Assembly: GCF_009834535.1 (NCBI RefSeq)
Contig: NC_045696.1
Span: 104,286,001-104,350,000 of the forward strand
Direction of reading: 5' to 3'
DNA: 64,000 nucleotides
Source of the DNA: Camelus ferus
Lineage: Eukaryota
Part shown: positions 41,515-58,769 of the stretch, piece by piece
Numbering within the stretch: the stretch's first letter is position 1
How the letters are laid out: each line of letters opens with the position of its first letter
Made by a program: the position numbers and the translations under genes
The notes under the pieces: model-generated
What the model was told of the DNA's origin: nothing
The model's input: only the letters and a program-made list of their open reading frames with translations
The model's database searches: none

Positions 41515-44500
41515 AGATGGAAAGTTAGATTTGACGTGGGAAGCCTTCCTGGCAGTTAGTGGAGATTTAAAGTCAAAAGGAGAACATTGAAGTCAGGAAG
41601 CTATTTTCAGAAATAGCTGGGGACGATGGCCAGCAGGTATACTGAGGACTAGAGGAAGAGCAGGAGGAGAAACTGAGGCCACAAGGTATGTGATTTGCCT
41701 AAAAACACATTTCTCCATTCCTTCCAAAATATCAGTGAGGCTCTTGGATGTTAGAAGCTCTTAGCTGGAGACCGGGAGGCAAGAGGGGTGAGTGAGGCCA
41801 GCAGGATGCCTGTCCTCACTGACCGTGCTGCCTAGTGAGGTTGGGGCTTGGACCCAAGTACCCCTGCCCAAGTCTGCTGCCCTTCCCAATGCATGATCTT
41901 GCCTCTCAAAAAAAAAAAAAAAAAAAAAAAGTCCCACTCTCACTGATACTGGCTTTGACAGTTCTCCCAGAGTGTGGTGTCAGGTCTGCAAGGCTGAGCC
42001 CACCCACCCTGCCCAGTTCTTAGCTGCATCTGATTATGGTGCAGGGGACAAAGAGCTCCTGCCTTAGATGAGACCTAGGCAGGTCAGTCAACAACTTCAG
42101 GTTACATGAGGCCAGACACCTTCCCTCTCTGAGCCTCAGTTTCCTCATCTGTAAAATGGAGGCAATAACTCCCTGCCTTCCGAGAGGCTGGGATGATCAG
42201 TGACACTGAATATACAGTGTCTGACACAGAGTCTGCCTTCAGTAAATGGGACCTTTAAAAAATGTTAAAGTTAATTTTCATGCTCTGTGTATTTTACTTC
42301 AAATGAAATCCCTTAAAAAAATCAACAAGCCACAGACTATGAAAATCAAACAGAAATGGTATTATTTTACTGCCTTTCCAAAAAAGTCTGTAAGATGGAA
42401 ATATTGCATTTTTGATAAGAAATGATCCTGTTGTCTCATCATTGCATTTTAAATGAAACCTTTCAGGAATACCTACGTACAACGGATGCCAAAGGAAAAA
42501 TATTTCGATTTTATAGGAAAGCGCTAAAGTCATTACTTTTATGAAGCTTTATAAATGTCATTCAGACACACCATCTTATTTTCATTTGCTATTGAAGCCT
42601 TTACTTATGCAAATCATGACAAATGTTAAGGAAAGCTGAGTTTCCTCTGGAATGCTAATATCATCACAAAGAGGGAGGAAGAATTACTTCTGAAGGAAAA
42701 ATCTATATTGCAGCTCTGGGAGTCAGATAAAAATGAAGCTTCCAGAAAACCTCATTAATTAGTGCTCTGCTCATTTAGAAATTGTGTTAAAAAGCAAAGA
42801 AACTGGAATGAGTTTCCTTCCCTTATAGGGAGGGCAAACTAATCGCATAAACACAATTTCAGGGGGAATGTTATTTCTTGATTGACTGTAAAAAACACTT
42901 AACAGCTTTCAGGCATCTTATAGTACTTTGTAGTCATTAATTTTATTTATCAGTTTATTTCTTCACTCTTTAATTCAGCCATTTATTCATATATTCATTT
43001 GTTTGGTCACATTTTCACTCATGTATTCATTCAATAACCATTAAGAACCTGCTATATGCACAGTGCTGTGGTAAGCACTGTGGGAGAAAGAAAGATGAAC
43101 TGGACACAAATTTTGTTTTCAAGGAGTTCAGAGTTAAACAGAGATGATAACATATTCACCTGAGAAAGGCTGACATACGTCAGTGTCTTGTAGACACCAT
43201 TCTTGCCCCTAGCATCTAAAAATGACGTAAGATACAAATAAAAAAATTAGTAACAACACTGGGTACCCTTCATGGGCAAGACGTTTCTGAGGAATTTCTA
43301 AAAAATGAGACGGCAGATGGAATTAGATTGAAGGAAGAATCCATAGTCAAAAGGACATGCTGCCAAACATGGGAGCACCTGTGGGTGGTCCAGGCTCTGC
43401 AGAGAAGGGTAGCAACAGGAACTGGGCTCTGGGGTAACTGACTGCCCAGGTACCTGGCTGGGTCTAACAGGAGGAGCAGCCAGGTGGCTCTCTCATTCCA
43501 CTTCCTTCCCATGTGAGCGTCTGGCCCCCGGGGAGGAGGAGGGAGTGCACAGGGTGCTGGGCCCCAGAAGCAGAGCATCAGGATGGAGTGGAGAGCCCCA
43601 CCCTCACAGACCACCAGCACTATCCTGCCCCTCCCTACCCCTGCTTCCCTTTATCACTAGAGGCAGCAGCCAATCAGAGTCTCTTCTGCAGACATTTGAG
43701 CAGAGCCAAAGAATGTTAAGCTAGTCAGACTGTGTTGGTCACACAGAGGTTGGGCCAAGAACCTCCCAAACCACACACAAGCTGGATTTAGGGGAGGTAG
43801 AAATGATGTGCTAGCTGAAAATGGTGCAGAGTCAGAGAGAGGCAGAGATGGAAGGAGGGGGTGTGGGAGAGAAAGAGAGGGAGGGAGTAGAGAGAGAGAG
43901 ACGTTGACTGAGAGACTGAGAGAAACTGATGGCCTTCCCGCCTTCTTGGGTATCAGATGGATGTCCCGTCTGGAAGCGGTCTCATGAGACTCCCCTCTCT
44001 CTGTAGCATAAATTTACCTTTTCAAAAGCTGAAATGAATGGGCTTATTCTCTTTACTTCTAAAGAATCCCCGATTAAGACATAATCTACTCTGATTCCTA
44101 AGAACACACCATCATGGTTGTACAGTAAGATAGCTCTGGACAGTCTTGATATTTTTCTTCCCTTTCTCCTTTGAATATGAAGAAAATTATACACATGAAT
44201 GTACATCCCCTGGGGATATAAAGAAGAATCAGCCTTGCATCACAAAGAAGACCAGGATAATCTTGTCCCTTCTTTTTTTGGAGTCCATCCTGACTTGCTC
44301 AGTGGTTATTCCTTGACTTTCAGCTAAACAACAAATACATTTTTCTTAATATAAGTCTGTCCTAAATATTTCATGGGACATACTAACACTAAAAAACTCT
44401 TCATTGTATTTGTCTTGAATTCATATTTGTTAACTCTGATGCCCTCTCCTTGCTGTGAGTCATCATTGAGGCTAATACTTAATTCTGTTTTTGTCCTTCT

Positions 44501-44674
44501 CACATCACAATTATTTGTTTACTAGACCTCAAAGTCTAGTAAACAAATAATAATAAATAAAACAAATAAAAAATAAAATAGCTCCTTGAAGGCAAGAATT
44601 CTGCTGAAACTTTACATCTTAATACAATACCTGGCACAAATGTTTTTGGAATCAAACTGAACTGACGATTTTCA

Positions 44675-45076
<402 letters not shown>

Positions 45077-46055
45077 CTAGGAAGAAATGGATGTGTCACT
45101 GGGGTACGAGCACACACCATTCAGCTTTCTTCCCCATGAAGATCTGTGTCATGACTATCTGTGAGGTGAGTTCAAACTGACTCATCCCCTCTAGCTGCTG
45201 AAGACTTTGAGTTGGACCTTGTGTGGTCTTAAAAGGCAGCATGATAAGGCCTGACCTGATGCTTGCAATGAGTTTCAAAAACAGAAGAATGCTCCTCTGG
45301 CTTCTGTTCCTGTCCATCAACATGGAGGTTCCCGCTGTCTTCCTGACACCATTGACCAAAGTGGCTGCCATTTATTGAACAGCTATTATGCAGCACATTC
45401 TGTGTCAGACAACTCATTTGGTCCTTACAGCTCCCTGGATGGAGGATTTTCTTATCCCGTTTTACAGTCTAGGCTCAGAAATTTCCATTGAGCAATTCCA
45501 ATGGAACCACAGACTACTAGAGGTTGGAAAGTGTATCTATTTCAACCTTCTATTTTATACACAAGGAAGTAAGAGTCCCAAAGAGGTGAAATGACTTATC
45601 CAAGTGATGGAGAATATATGTTCACACTCAAAGCATAAAATGTCACCTCTTGGGAAAAGATATATTAACAAGTGTCAATTGGCAGATTGTGCCTGCCATA
45701 TAAATATTTTATAGTAATTATATTTTGAAACATGTTGAATGCTTTATTTAAATTTTAATACATTTAAATGATATTTTGTATAAAATTAATTTATAATTAC
45801 TCTTATAAATATATAAAAGTTAAAGTTTGTATGGATTTATATAATTTATACTTATTTTACATATTTATACTTTCAAAACTTTATACATTTGTATGACTTA
45901 TGAATAAAAATTAACATTTTTTTCCTGATTATCAAAACATACTCATTTAAAAATATATACTTGGAAAATACAAAATAAAAGGGAAGGAAGAAAATAAATA
46001 CCGCTTACAATCCCACAATTCAGGTAATAATGCATTATTTGTTTCCAATTTTGGA

Positions 46056-46056
<1 letters not shown>

Positions 46057-46108
<52 letters not shown>
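46057..46108 (+). repeat. Compound (CA)n(TA)n microsatellite in TRIM42 intron 3
   Basis: Direct inspection. Confidence 0.95.
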
Positions 46109-47069
46109 ATTTGGGTTATATTGCTTTGATTCCTGCTTTATTTCAGTTATTACATTTTATTTATTTCTCTATATCATTAAAGATTCAGTAAAGCACCATT
46201 TTAATAACTGCCCAATAACTGATTTACTCTTTCTATAGTTGAGCATTTAAGTTGTTTCTAATTCCACACTCTAATAAATAATGGTGCAACGAACACTTTT
46301 GGGCATGAATCTTCATTTGAATTTTTAATCACTTCCTTAGGAAAGATTTTTAGAAATAAAATAAAATTTTTATAAAAAACTCTTTAGGATTTTTAAGATA
46401 TATAATGACAAGTTTAAGACTAACTTTAAGAATATTTCCTAGGCTAAAAGAGGGCTGTTAGTCAGCCAAAACTTGAGAGAGATGCCAAAACAAATTTCAT
46501 CTTCTGTATCACTGAGCACTATGATTCCTGTGAGAATTCTGTCCCATGATCCTGAAATTGGGGTCAATGATATTTGTACATCAGATACCGCTGTTGGGCA
46601 GTAGGTTTGGTTGTTCTATCTTGAGAGTCAATGACTTGACTGGGTTTTCTGTGTAGGCTCCTTTCTTGAGCTCATCAAGGGACCATTAATAGGTGGCATA
46701 AGGTGACTGTTCTCCAAGCCCAAGTATAGAGCACATATCACCAGTCCTTCCCCCAGAGCAAAATCCTGCCCACTTCCCAAGAAGTCCGAGTTGTGTGGAG
46801 ATAAGACCTAATGCCATTCCTGAGATAATGTCACATATACTGCAGGCCTGGCTGATCTGGCATCATTTGGAAATGTTGTGAGTGTCTGTTATGTGAACAG
46901 CAGTGTCTTTGTGGTGTTTGACAGCCTATGGGAGGGCATGTTCTACCTTGCAACACAACGTAATTCTTGGAGTTAATTATAGATGCCAAAACATAGATTA
47001 TGATGCCTTGAGAGAAAATAAAAGTAAGGCTTGGTCAGTGTCTGCCTTTCATTTTCTTATTTTTAGACC

Positions 47070-47220
47070 TTTGATACTGATGTGTGGTTTGCAGCCTGCC
47101 AGTGATGCCAACACCTGGAAGTTTGTTAGAAGTGCAGAATCTCAGGCCCCGGTGAGACCCACTGAAGCAGAATCTGCATTTTGACAAGATCCCCAGGTGC
47201 ATAATGTTTGAGAACCACTA
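47070..47220. mobile_element. MER5-type hAT-Charlie MITE (similar remnants near 30650-30790, 49480-49790 and 54870-55000)
   Basis: tttgttagaagtgcagaatctcaggcccc...actgaagcagaatctgcattttgacaagatccccaggtg...tttgagaaccact. Confidence 0.8.
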
Positions 47221-48047
47221 GTATAAGCTTTCAGGATGCTAAAAGTCTTTGTGAGTGTTCTCAGACCATCGAGGCAAAAGATGGGATCCACTGCTTGGAT
47301 GCAGGCCAAGAGCTGGCTTGGGGGATGTTACTATAGGGAACCCCAAAAGGACGAAAGAGATGCTCTAATAGAATATTTTTTCTCCTCTCTGTGAACTTTA
47401 ATAAACCATTCTATAAACAATTCAATTTAGGTTGAGTTGGATTTGAAAGGAATGTTAAGGGAAGGGCCATTTGGTTATGTTAGGTCAAGAAGGTCAAGGA
47501 AGAGTCATATTCGCTGATGCTGAGTGAAGGCAGCTGTAGAGGTCTGTAAGAGAGCCACACCCCTTCACACCCCAAAAAAGCTGAATCTTGGGAGATAAGA
47601 ATTGGAATTCCACTGAGGACTATCCTAATCTTTCCAAATCATGATGAGTCTGGATATTTTCTCTAGAAAAAGTAGCAATTTAGAAGAATCACAACTGATA
47701 AATAATGGAGCCTGCATTTCTAATTCCAATTTCTGTGCTCTGTCTACTGCTACAGACTTCCTTTTGGGAAATATTACCCTCTCCAGGAGTCTCCTCAAAT
47801 TAATTTCATTCCCAAATTGTGTTCTCTTTCAAGAGAGAAGCTGCCTTTGAAGTGGAGTTGGGGCTTTCAGATGTATTTCTGTCTATGAGTTAAATACATT
47901 ATTTAGTTTATGCCAATCTTGGGCAACTTAAGATTTCAGAAATGTACCCCTTTGGAATGGGCTGACCACAAAGAGTCCAGAGAAACAGATCTGAATGACC
48001 AGACCCTAGAGGTCAAAGAAGTAAGTGCAGTCTTTCCCAACTACCTA

Positions 48048-48941
<894 letters not shown>

Positions 48942-51575
48942 TCAGTTATTTCAGTTAAATGTTTCATTTCCCTACATGTCACAGCCAGTGGCAAACTGGG
49001 GCAAACTAACTTGGGATCCAAAGATGTGGGTGGAAGGGAGGGAGGCCGCTCGTAGCTGGGCTGAAAGATGCAAGCATAGGTTTATAAAGTGAACGTGGCC
49101 TTGCTCCATACACCCCTCTCTTCCCCTGGTCTAATACCTCCCTCAGATATAACAGTCATCCTTCCCTGGCATACTTTATCTTGTAACAGTAATTCCTGTT
49201 GTGGCCTTGCGTCTAAAGTTGGAAGTTCAAGGCCACCCTGGATATTAGTTTCCACCAGACTTCACTTGTCAGCAAATTGGACTTGAGAAGAGATGATGTC
49301 ACAAAGTGATGGGTTATCCCTGTGTGAAAGCTAAGCTTTGGCAGGGGTGGGAGAAAGAACTAAATTTCTGATGACTATTTCTAAATGTCCTCTTGCCTCC
49401 TTCACCAAAACCCAGCCAGTGATAACAGCGGCAAGTCAGCCAAGTTCCCCTTCTCTGGGACTGCTCTTTGACACGTACTTTAAAAAAAAAAAAAAAGAAT
49501 CACATGGGAGCTTTTGAAAAACCCTCACTACTTAGCTTGTACTTCTGTGGGGATGGGATTCAGGCATCAGTTGCTAGTCAAGCTCCCCACTAGTCCCATT
49601 GAGCACCTGAGGTTGACACTGCAGCTTTAAACACCAACCCAAACTGAGTCTTCCCTCCAGGGCCCAGAGTTCCTCAAAGTGTCTTCTCAGATCACCTGCT
49701 TTTGAATTACGTGGAGATCTGTTAACAGTGCAGATTTCTAGCCCTTCCCCAGAAAGTGAATTGAATTCTTAAGAGCAAGTTTGAACCCTGGTTAAAAAAA
49801 TTTTTTTTTAACAAGAATGGACCAGCTAAATTCTTTACCTATATCTGAATGGATATGCCATGAAGATGGCTCCTTCCCTACTGCTGGGCCCTCTGGAATT
49901 TGTACTGATGTCCCCTCACCCTGAATCAAACTTCAATGTCTGGCTTTTAGGTGTCCTGGACTTTGAGAAAACTATCCTAGGTTTCTCCTGTGTTAAAGAC
50001 CCAGGCTTCCTAGGGTTGCCTGGAGCCCCCAGAAGGCTGCAGGCAACAGCCCCTTCCCCATGCTGAGGCTCTGGAGAATCCAGCCAAGCTCAGGCCATGG
50101 GTCCTCCCTTAAGAAAACCCTCTAGGAACCAGTGGGGCCTCCACTGGCCTGGCAATGTGGCTCCTGTAGGTTTTCTTCAATATAGGGGCTTCCTGGTGGT
50201 GTTCCCAAACTGAATAAATATCAACTGACAAATAAAGTTCCCAGGTTTGGGGCAATTGAGAATCAGTGTTTTCCTGAAATATTCATGCTGGTGAGAGGTC
50301 CTGGGGGACGTAGCCTCTGACCCATCTCTGTGTCCCATGGGACCTTTCTGTGCAGCTCAGGGACAGCTGCCCCTTTGTCATCTGTTCAGGCATGTCTGTA
50401 TGGACACTAAACTATCTGACACGGGGGAGGCTGGGCTGATCTGGTGCACTTTGGTCACGTGACTCTAGGCTACCACTTAGGGCAATATCCTAAGCGGCGG
50501 TGGTGGTGTTATTTTTCAGTCTCTCTGTCTTCAGATTCTGGTCATTGTTTAACAGAGTAAGTTGTCAAATGAATGTTGTGGAACTAACATGGGCTTTAGA
50601 GTCAGAGAGACTGAGTCAGCCATTTACTAAAGGCCTTGTGCCAGTTACTTCTTGGAATCCCAGTTGTCTTATCCATAGAGGGAATTTTAATACCTGTACT
50701 GTAAAATTATTGAGCAGATTAGACATAATTCTTCTAAAAGGCCTAGGGCTATTCCCAGGGGCAAAGAGCCTAAAAGGATCTCTGAGATCCTCGAGTCTAA
50801 CCCAGTGGATATATATACCCAGAAATTAGTTGGCTCCTTTCTGAACCCTGTAAAACATTGTTGCACTGGGTTCCATTATGGAAACTTGGGTCAGTTTCCC
50901 TTATAGAATCTACAACTGTATGGTATGTAGCCCATATAAAATAACCATGAGCACACGTGCAGAGGAAAAACAAGCTGTTGACTAGAACATTATTGGCTAT
51001 TTCTGAGTTTTCTCATTATTATGTATTTGTTACTAGTTTATTTACTTTGTTGTTTGCAACTCTGGGGAAAAATCAGTTGGGGAAAATCTTAAACTGAGGT
51101 AACGTTCAACAGTGACTTAATTCCTTCCCCCTGCAAAATGGGAAGATACTGAAGAAATCCAACTTTAGTAGCAAAACACCTTAGAAAGGCTCAAAGAACT
51201 TAGGAATATAATAGGATCAAACTCTTCATTCTCCAAAGGGGAAAATGAGGACCAATGTCATAAAGATGATAACTGAGATTATGGAATCTTCATCTACTCA
51301 TTATGTGCTAAGATAGTTTTTTGCATGCTCCACAGAGTAACTCATTTAATCCGTACAACCACCCAGTGAGGGAGTTACTACTCTTGTCTCCATTTTATAG
51401 ATGAGAAAACTAAGGCACAGGGAGCTTAAGTGGCTGGTGGAAATTGCCAGGTGTGGATACCAGGCCACCGACTTGTGGCCTCGCTCAGTGTCTCCCAGGG
51501 CTTGGACGGTTCCACCAGGTGGAGGTAAGGCTCTCACTAAACAGAGTGCCCCAAACTACCTCCCCCATCAGTTCA

Positions 51576-52610
<1,035 letters not shown>

Positions 52611-52699
52611 CTCGAATATGTTAAGTGCTATACAACTACTTGTTACTTTCGAGCAAAAGAAAAACAGCCGGGACTGGCTCAGCACAGTCAGCTGGGTTT

Positions 52700-53140
52700 T
52701 GGGGTTCTTTTGTCCACCAATAATATCACAGAACCCCCACAGTGGACAAGGCCATTCTGGGACTGTGGTGCAGCAAAGCAGAAACAAGACCACTTCATGA
52801 CCTTTGAACTGAGACCAAGGCAGGAACCTTCGCCAATCGCGAAAGTGACCAGATATCCCCTGTCCTGGTTAAAGGGGGTGATTGTTGCTTTTCACCAATT
52901 ACAGCATTAGGCTCCACTTTGTTCTTCCTACCTTATAGGCTAGATATGTTTAGATACCCAATAGAAGATTTTCCCCTATGTCCTCACCTAACATGAGCCT
53001 ACATTTTATTATAACTTATTGATGCCTTTTTACCAAGATACCTCACACTTGTCCATGGTGTATATTCTCAGTGGTTGCAGTGGGCTAATAAATCCAATCT
53101 CCTCCAATGACAGGCGTTTTCTTGCTGGGTTTTGCCTAGA
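52700..53140 (+). mobile_element. ERV1-class LTR (MER67-like) in TRIM42 intron 1
   Basis: agcagaaacaagaccact...tgaccagatatcccctgtcctgg...accaattacagc...agatacccaat. Confidence 0.5.
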
Positions 53141-56100
53141 GGGTGCTGACGTCATCATTATTATAGTATGTGGAATGAAATACAGAAGAAAATGGGTAAA
53201 GTGTTCTTCTCAGGACACCAGGAAGTCTTTCCCGGAGACAAGCCTAGAACCCGTGTGTTCTGACCACCAGACCACTAGGTAAGGCTTACGGGGCTGGACT
53301 CTAGGGGCAGGTTGCACACGATGGAATGCACCACTTTCGAAATGCACGTTTGAGATAAGTTTCTTCACCTCTGTCATCCTCGTTTCCTCATCTGTAAATC
53401 AGAGCTCTCAATACTACTTCCTTCATGAGACTTTTATAGTTTCCATGAGATAACCCATGATAAGTGCTTAACTGCTGGAACATAAATAATAAGCATTCAA
53501 TAAATAGCCACTGTAATGACTTCCCTCTGCTCCTAGCCCGCCCGTGTTCATAGTAGAGGAAAATGATGGTCAAGTTTGTGAGAAGCGTGTGCTTCTACTG
53601 TGTGTGTGTGTATTCAACCTTTGTTTATCTGATATCTGAGGCTGATTTCATATATTGTAAGAACTATGGATGAAGTAAATGCTTGCATATAGAATTTGAG
53701 TGTGTGTCCTGAGAAGCCACAATCAGGGCAAAAGCAGTTTATGAAAATAAATGAATTAGCCATGAGGATGGAGGTATAAAAAGATACACAGTTTGTGACT
53801 ATTCATGTCTCTTCTCCTCTGTTTGTATTAGGATGTCTGGGCGCTGAGTTGACATTGTAACTGTGTTCTCTTTTGCTTTTGCCTTCTTACTGGTCCCTAA
53901 ATGGCCCCAGTTCCTTCCTTATTCCCTTGGCCAAGGACCCAGGTCTCAGAGCCCAGACAGTCAAAAATCAAGGTTAAGATCTTGAGGCCAAGACCTCAAG
54001 TCAAGAGTGCTGCTCAGACATGCTGGAGTGCAGTGGCCCTATAGTGACAGTGCCCCTTGTGGAATCTCAGGCACCTGGAAAACTCATCCCTTAGAGATTT
54101 GGATGCTGGTGTCCAGGCCGGCCAGCCTCAATGTTCTCAGCCTCATTCCTTGTCTGCTCTCTCAGCCTCTGATTTCTCCTGCCAGGGCCCCGCAGGGGTC
54201 ACCTGGACGGACAGGGCAGTTGTAAACGTGTTAGCTGAATGGACTTCTCTAGTTCGATAAGGTGGGACTCTGAGAATCAGGGTATTGTATAAAGGGAGAC
54301 AGCATGAGAAATCAGAAAGCAGGGAGGGAGGAGTTGTGGGGTAAAGAGAAAGAGAGAGCAGGGCGATTGGACAGGTGTTAATGGCCCAGGGACCTGGGGT
54401 GGAGATGTAAAAGGAAGGCAGAAAAAGAGATGAGTAAGGTGAAGAGTGATGCATGAAATCAGAGTGAGGCAGGATGTGCAAGAGGCTGAGCAGGATGCAG
54501 TGTTGAGAACAGGGGAGGCAGTGCTTCAGAAACCAGGAGAGAGGCCATATGGAAGATGAGCCTCAGGGTACCTTGTGCCAACCTCCTGGCACTTGCAGTA
54601 ATATCTCTGATCATCATCTGAAAGTCTGAGGCTTGCACCCTGGTATTCAGTGGCCATGGTTCCATGCCAAAACAGTTACCAGGCCCAGTAGCCTTTCCTT
54701 CTTAAGACAACTGGCCTCTGCTCCTCTGCACAGCGACTGCCTCCTCCCAAATTTAGGCCTGTTATCCTTGTACTTGGGTTCCTCTTGTATCACCTGGCAA
54801 GCCCTAGCTTTCCTCCTTGTTCCCTCCAGGCCATTCTGCACTTTAGAATTGCTTGGGGGCAAGAGAGGGTTTTACAATTCTAATGTCCAGATCATACCCC
54901 AGACCAATAAAATCAGAATGTCAGGTGATGTGGGCTAGGCGTCAGTCGTTTAAAAATACCCAGGTGATTCTAATGCAAAACAAAGTTTGGGAGCTGCTGG
55001 CCTAAGCATCTCTCAGAGCACCCATGTCATCCCTCCCCTGTTGAGATGGGCTCGGTGACTCTCCATTGCTGATGCGCAGAAAACGGGGCAGTGGAGAGGA
55101 GAGAGGAGTGTGAGTGTGGATGCTACTCGGCTGCACCTGAGAACTTCTGGACTTGCATCCATTACCCCTGGGTTCTCTATTCATGCAAACATCGCAAGAG
55201 GTCTGTGAGTGAGGATAACCTTTATTAACCATCTGCTAAGTGCTGAACCACACAAGAGATCATATTCTTCCCCTGAACTCACTGAACCTTTGCTCGCAGA
55301 ATTGTTTTTCCAGCCTGGAAAGGCTTCCAAGCTGCCTTTCATTTTTCTGCCCCTCCAAACGCTGTCATCTTAGAACGCTGAGCTTTTCTGGTCTTCCCCC
55401 TGGAAGTTTGCCTCTGCTAGTCCAGACTTCCCTCACATGTGGCAATAAAGAGACCACCTTAGTCAGAACAGGAGGAGCATACACAGTGCCTGGCACAGAG
55501 AGTTATTGCCCTAAGTGAGTAACTGAGACCCTCAGTGCCATGACTTCTGGGTGGGAACCAAGAGAAGGCTGGCAGGAGTTCACAGCCGTCTGGGTACTGT
55601 TATACAGGCCATGGGGGCAAAAGCAGCCTGTAGAAGTTGTTGCTTTTCTAATAAGTGTTGCAGATATCAAGAGTCCAGAGGAAGAGGAAGAGCAATTTAT
55701 ATATATATATTTATATCACATAACAGATTTCAAAGTTATATGAATCCTCATACCCACTGAATCATTACAGGTACCACACTCTCCATATTGCAGGACAGCA
55801 TTTTAAAGTTAAGCACACAGACTCTGGGTTCAGATTCTGACTGCATCTTACTAGCTCTGTGATCCTGGGCATCTCAACCTCTCAAAAGCTCAGCTTCCTC
55901 ACTGGTATCGTGGGCATGGGGTGAGGGTTACTTGGAGTCGTGCATGTGGTACCTGGCAAATTGCTGACGTGCTAAGTATGAGCTATTATTATTTTGTAGA
56001 GGTGAGAGAGGTGGGGGTTCAGGGGAGTGCCACACTCGCTCACAGCTCCGGGAGCTTGGATTTGGAACTCAGGTCTATACTGGTTAGTGGCTGTTTAGGA

Positions 56101-56284
56101 CACATGCTTAATTGCTGCAAAATTCTTTTTTTTTTTCACAGTTGAAGTAAATTTTATTACTACATTTTAAACACAAACAAAAACAAGTATTTAAAATAAT
56201 AATAACACCATTGACTATATGCTTTTATTACTACATCAAGTGCAAAACAGATTATAGAACTTTTTAGTTCTTTTTTTCCTCTTG

Positions 56285-56800
56285 GTTTTATTGAGATATA
56301 ATATAGCCCTGTATACGTTTAAGGTCTGCAGCATAATGTTTTGGTTTACAAATATCATGAAGTGATTATCACGGTAAGTTTAGTGGATACCCCTCATCTC
56401 GTATAGATACAGAATTAAAGAAATAGAAAAAATTAATTAAAAAATAAAAAATTTTCTCTCATGCTAACAACTCTTAGGATTTAGTCTCTTAACTCTCATG
56501 CAGAACCTACAGCAGTGTCAGCTATCTTTGTCATGGGGTACATGGCATCTCTAGTCTCTGTCTGTCTTATAACTGGAAGTGTGTGCCTTTGCCTGCCTTT
56601 ATCCAGTTCCCCTCCTCCCACCCTCTGCCACAAATCTGGTCTTTTCCCATGAGTTGGTTTATTTATTTGTTTTTGAAGTAGAATTTACCTACAACACTAT
56701 GTTAGTTCCTGTTGCAGAACACAGAGATTTGATGTTTCTGTACATTTTGAAAACGATCACGACGATGTCTAGTTACCATCTGTCACCATACAGTGACTAT
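56285..56800 (-). mobile_element. L1MA-type 3' end in TRIM42 intron 1
   Basis: ttttattgagatataat...aactcttaggatttagtctctt...cttataactggaagtgtgtgccttt. Confidence 0.75.
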
Positions 56801-56978
56801 GCGATGTCTTTGCATGGGGACGTTGTAGCTAGACTTAATTGCTACCGAATCCTTGGCCTCCTTTTTTCAGATAGAGAAATGGACCCAGGGTGGGGGCGCT
56901 GGCCTGCCCTCCCCCCACCGGCGGCAGAGCCCCTAGTTTTCCTGAGCCGCCCTGGCCCGTGTGGGGCCGCGGCACTTA

Positions 56979-57600
<622 letters not shown>

Positions 57601-58769
57601 TCTGGGGGGTGGTGGCAGGTGGGCTGATAGATACTCCATGTTTCTGCAGGAGTGTCAGTGCAAAGAGCATCCTAGAGGTTTAGCTGTGCCTGGTCACTTC
57701 AGGTTATGGGGTGGATTTCAGAAGCTCTTTCTCTTTGCTTGGTGCTTTCCCTGCAACTTGGGCAAGTTGATTTCAGGGTATGTCTGAAAGGCCTGGGTGT
57801 AAATTAATTGGAAAAGTGGACATGATGTTCTTCTTCTTGGGCTTTTTTTTTTTTTTTTTTTTTTTGCATTAGTACAACTCTTAAGCTGATGAACAAAGCA
57901 CTGTTTACAAATAATAATGCCATATATAAAAGGAATTACTATTTGGAGAAAGAAATAAAGGGAAAGAGAGATATAGGTTTTTTAAGGCAGTTTTTAGTAG
58001 TCATTGAGTTTGTCCGTTACTGCATAGTCACTGCTGATTTTCACAAGGCTTCAGGCATAAGTCATTGACTATTTCTTGGCATTTTTTGCAGCCTCCTGAG
58101 GTTTGGGTGAGGCTCAAGCTCCATTTCCTCCCACCTTCCCACCTCCCCTCCCATCCCACTGTATCCCTTTTATCAAGAGGCTGGAACTCTACATGAGCAT
58201 CTTTAACTCTTCTTTCAGTGCATGCTCAGTATGTCTAGAAATGACCTTCTATTTCAGGGCAGAATTTTGCTTTCTATTTTGTACAGCTTGCAAAGCTTAA
58301 AAGAGCAGAAATTTCATAATCATACCATAATATGGCATAAACACTGTCTTATTTTTTTCCAAAAAGAAGCAGAAGTGGGAGCTGATTTTGGCTGCAGGAG
58401 TTTATTGCCTAATATATTATCTTTCCCTATGATTATCACCTTTATAATAAGAAAGAACATTCACTGAGTGCTAACTGTTCCAGCCACATGTTGGTTTTAG
58501 ATCCCTACAAATGAAAATTCTGGATTGTAGGCTTAAGTGCTTTATTTATTTATTTATTTATTTGTAATTACTAAATTGCTTACTTAAATAAATATGCCGT
58601 TTCATACTGACACCAATGCTGTATGAGAGACACTTCCCCGCCACATGTTTTTCCAAACTGAGTTTTATTGAGATTATTCTCTATTCTGCATGCACAGAGT
58701 TTTTTGAGTTTCATTCCTGAATGTATTTTCATCATTAATCTGTGCAAGTCTTCCTCTTTTTAAAAAAAA

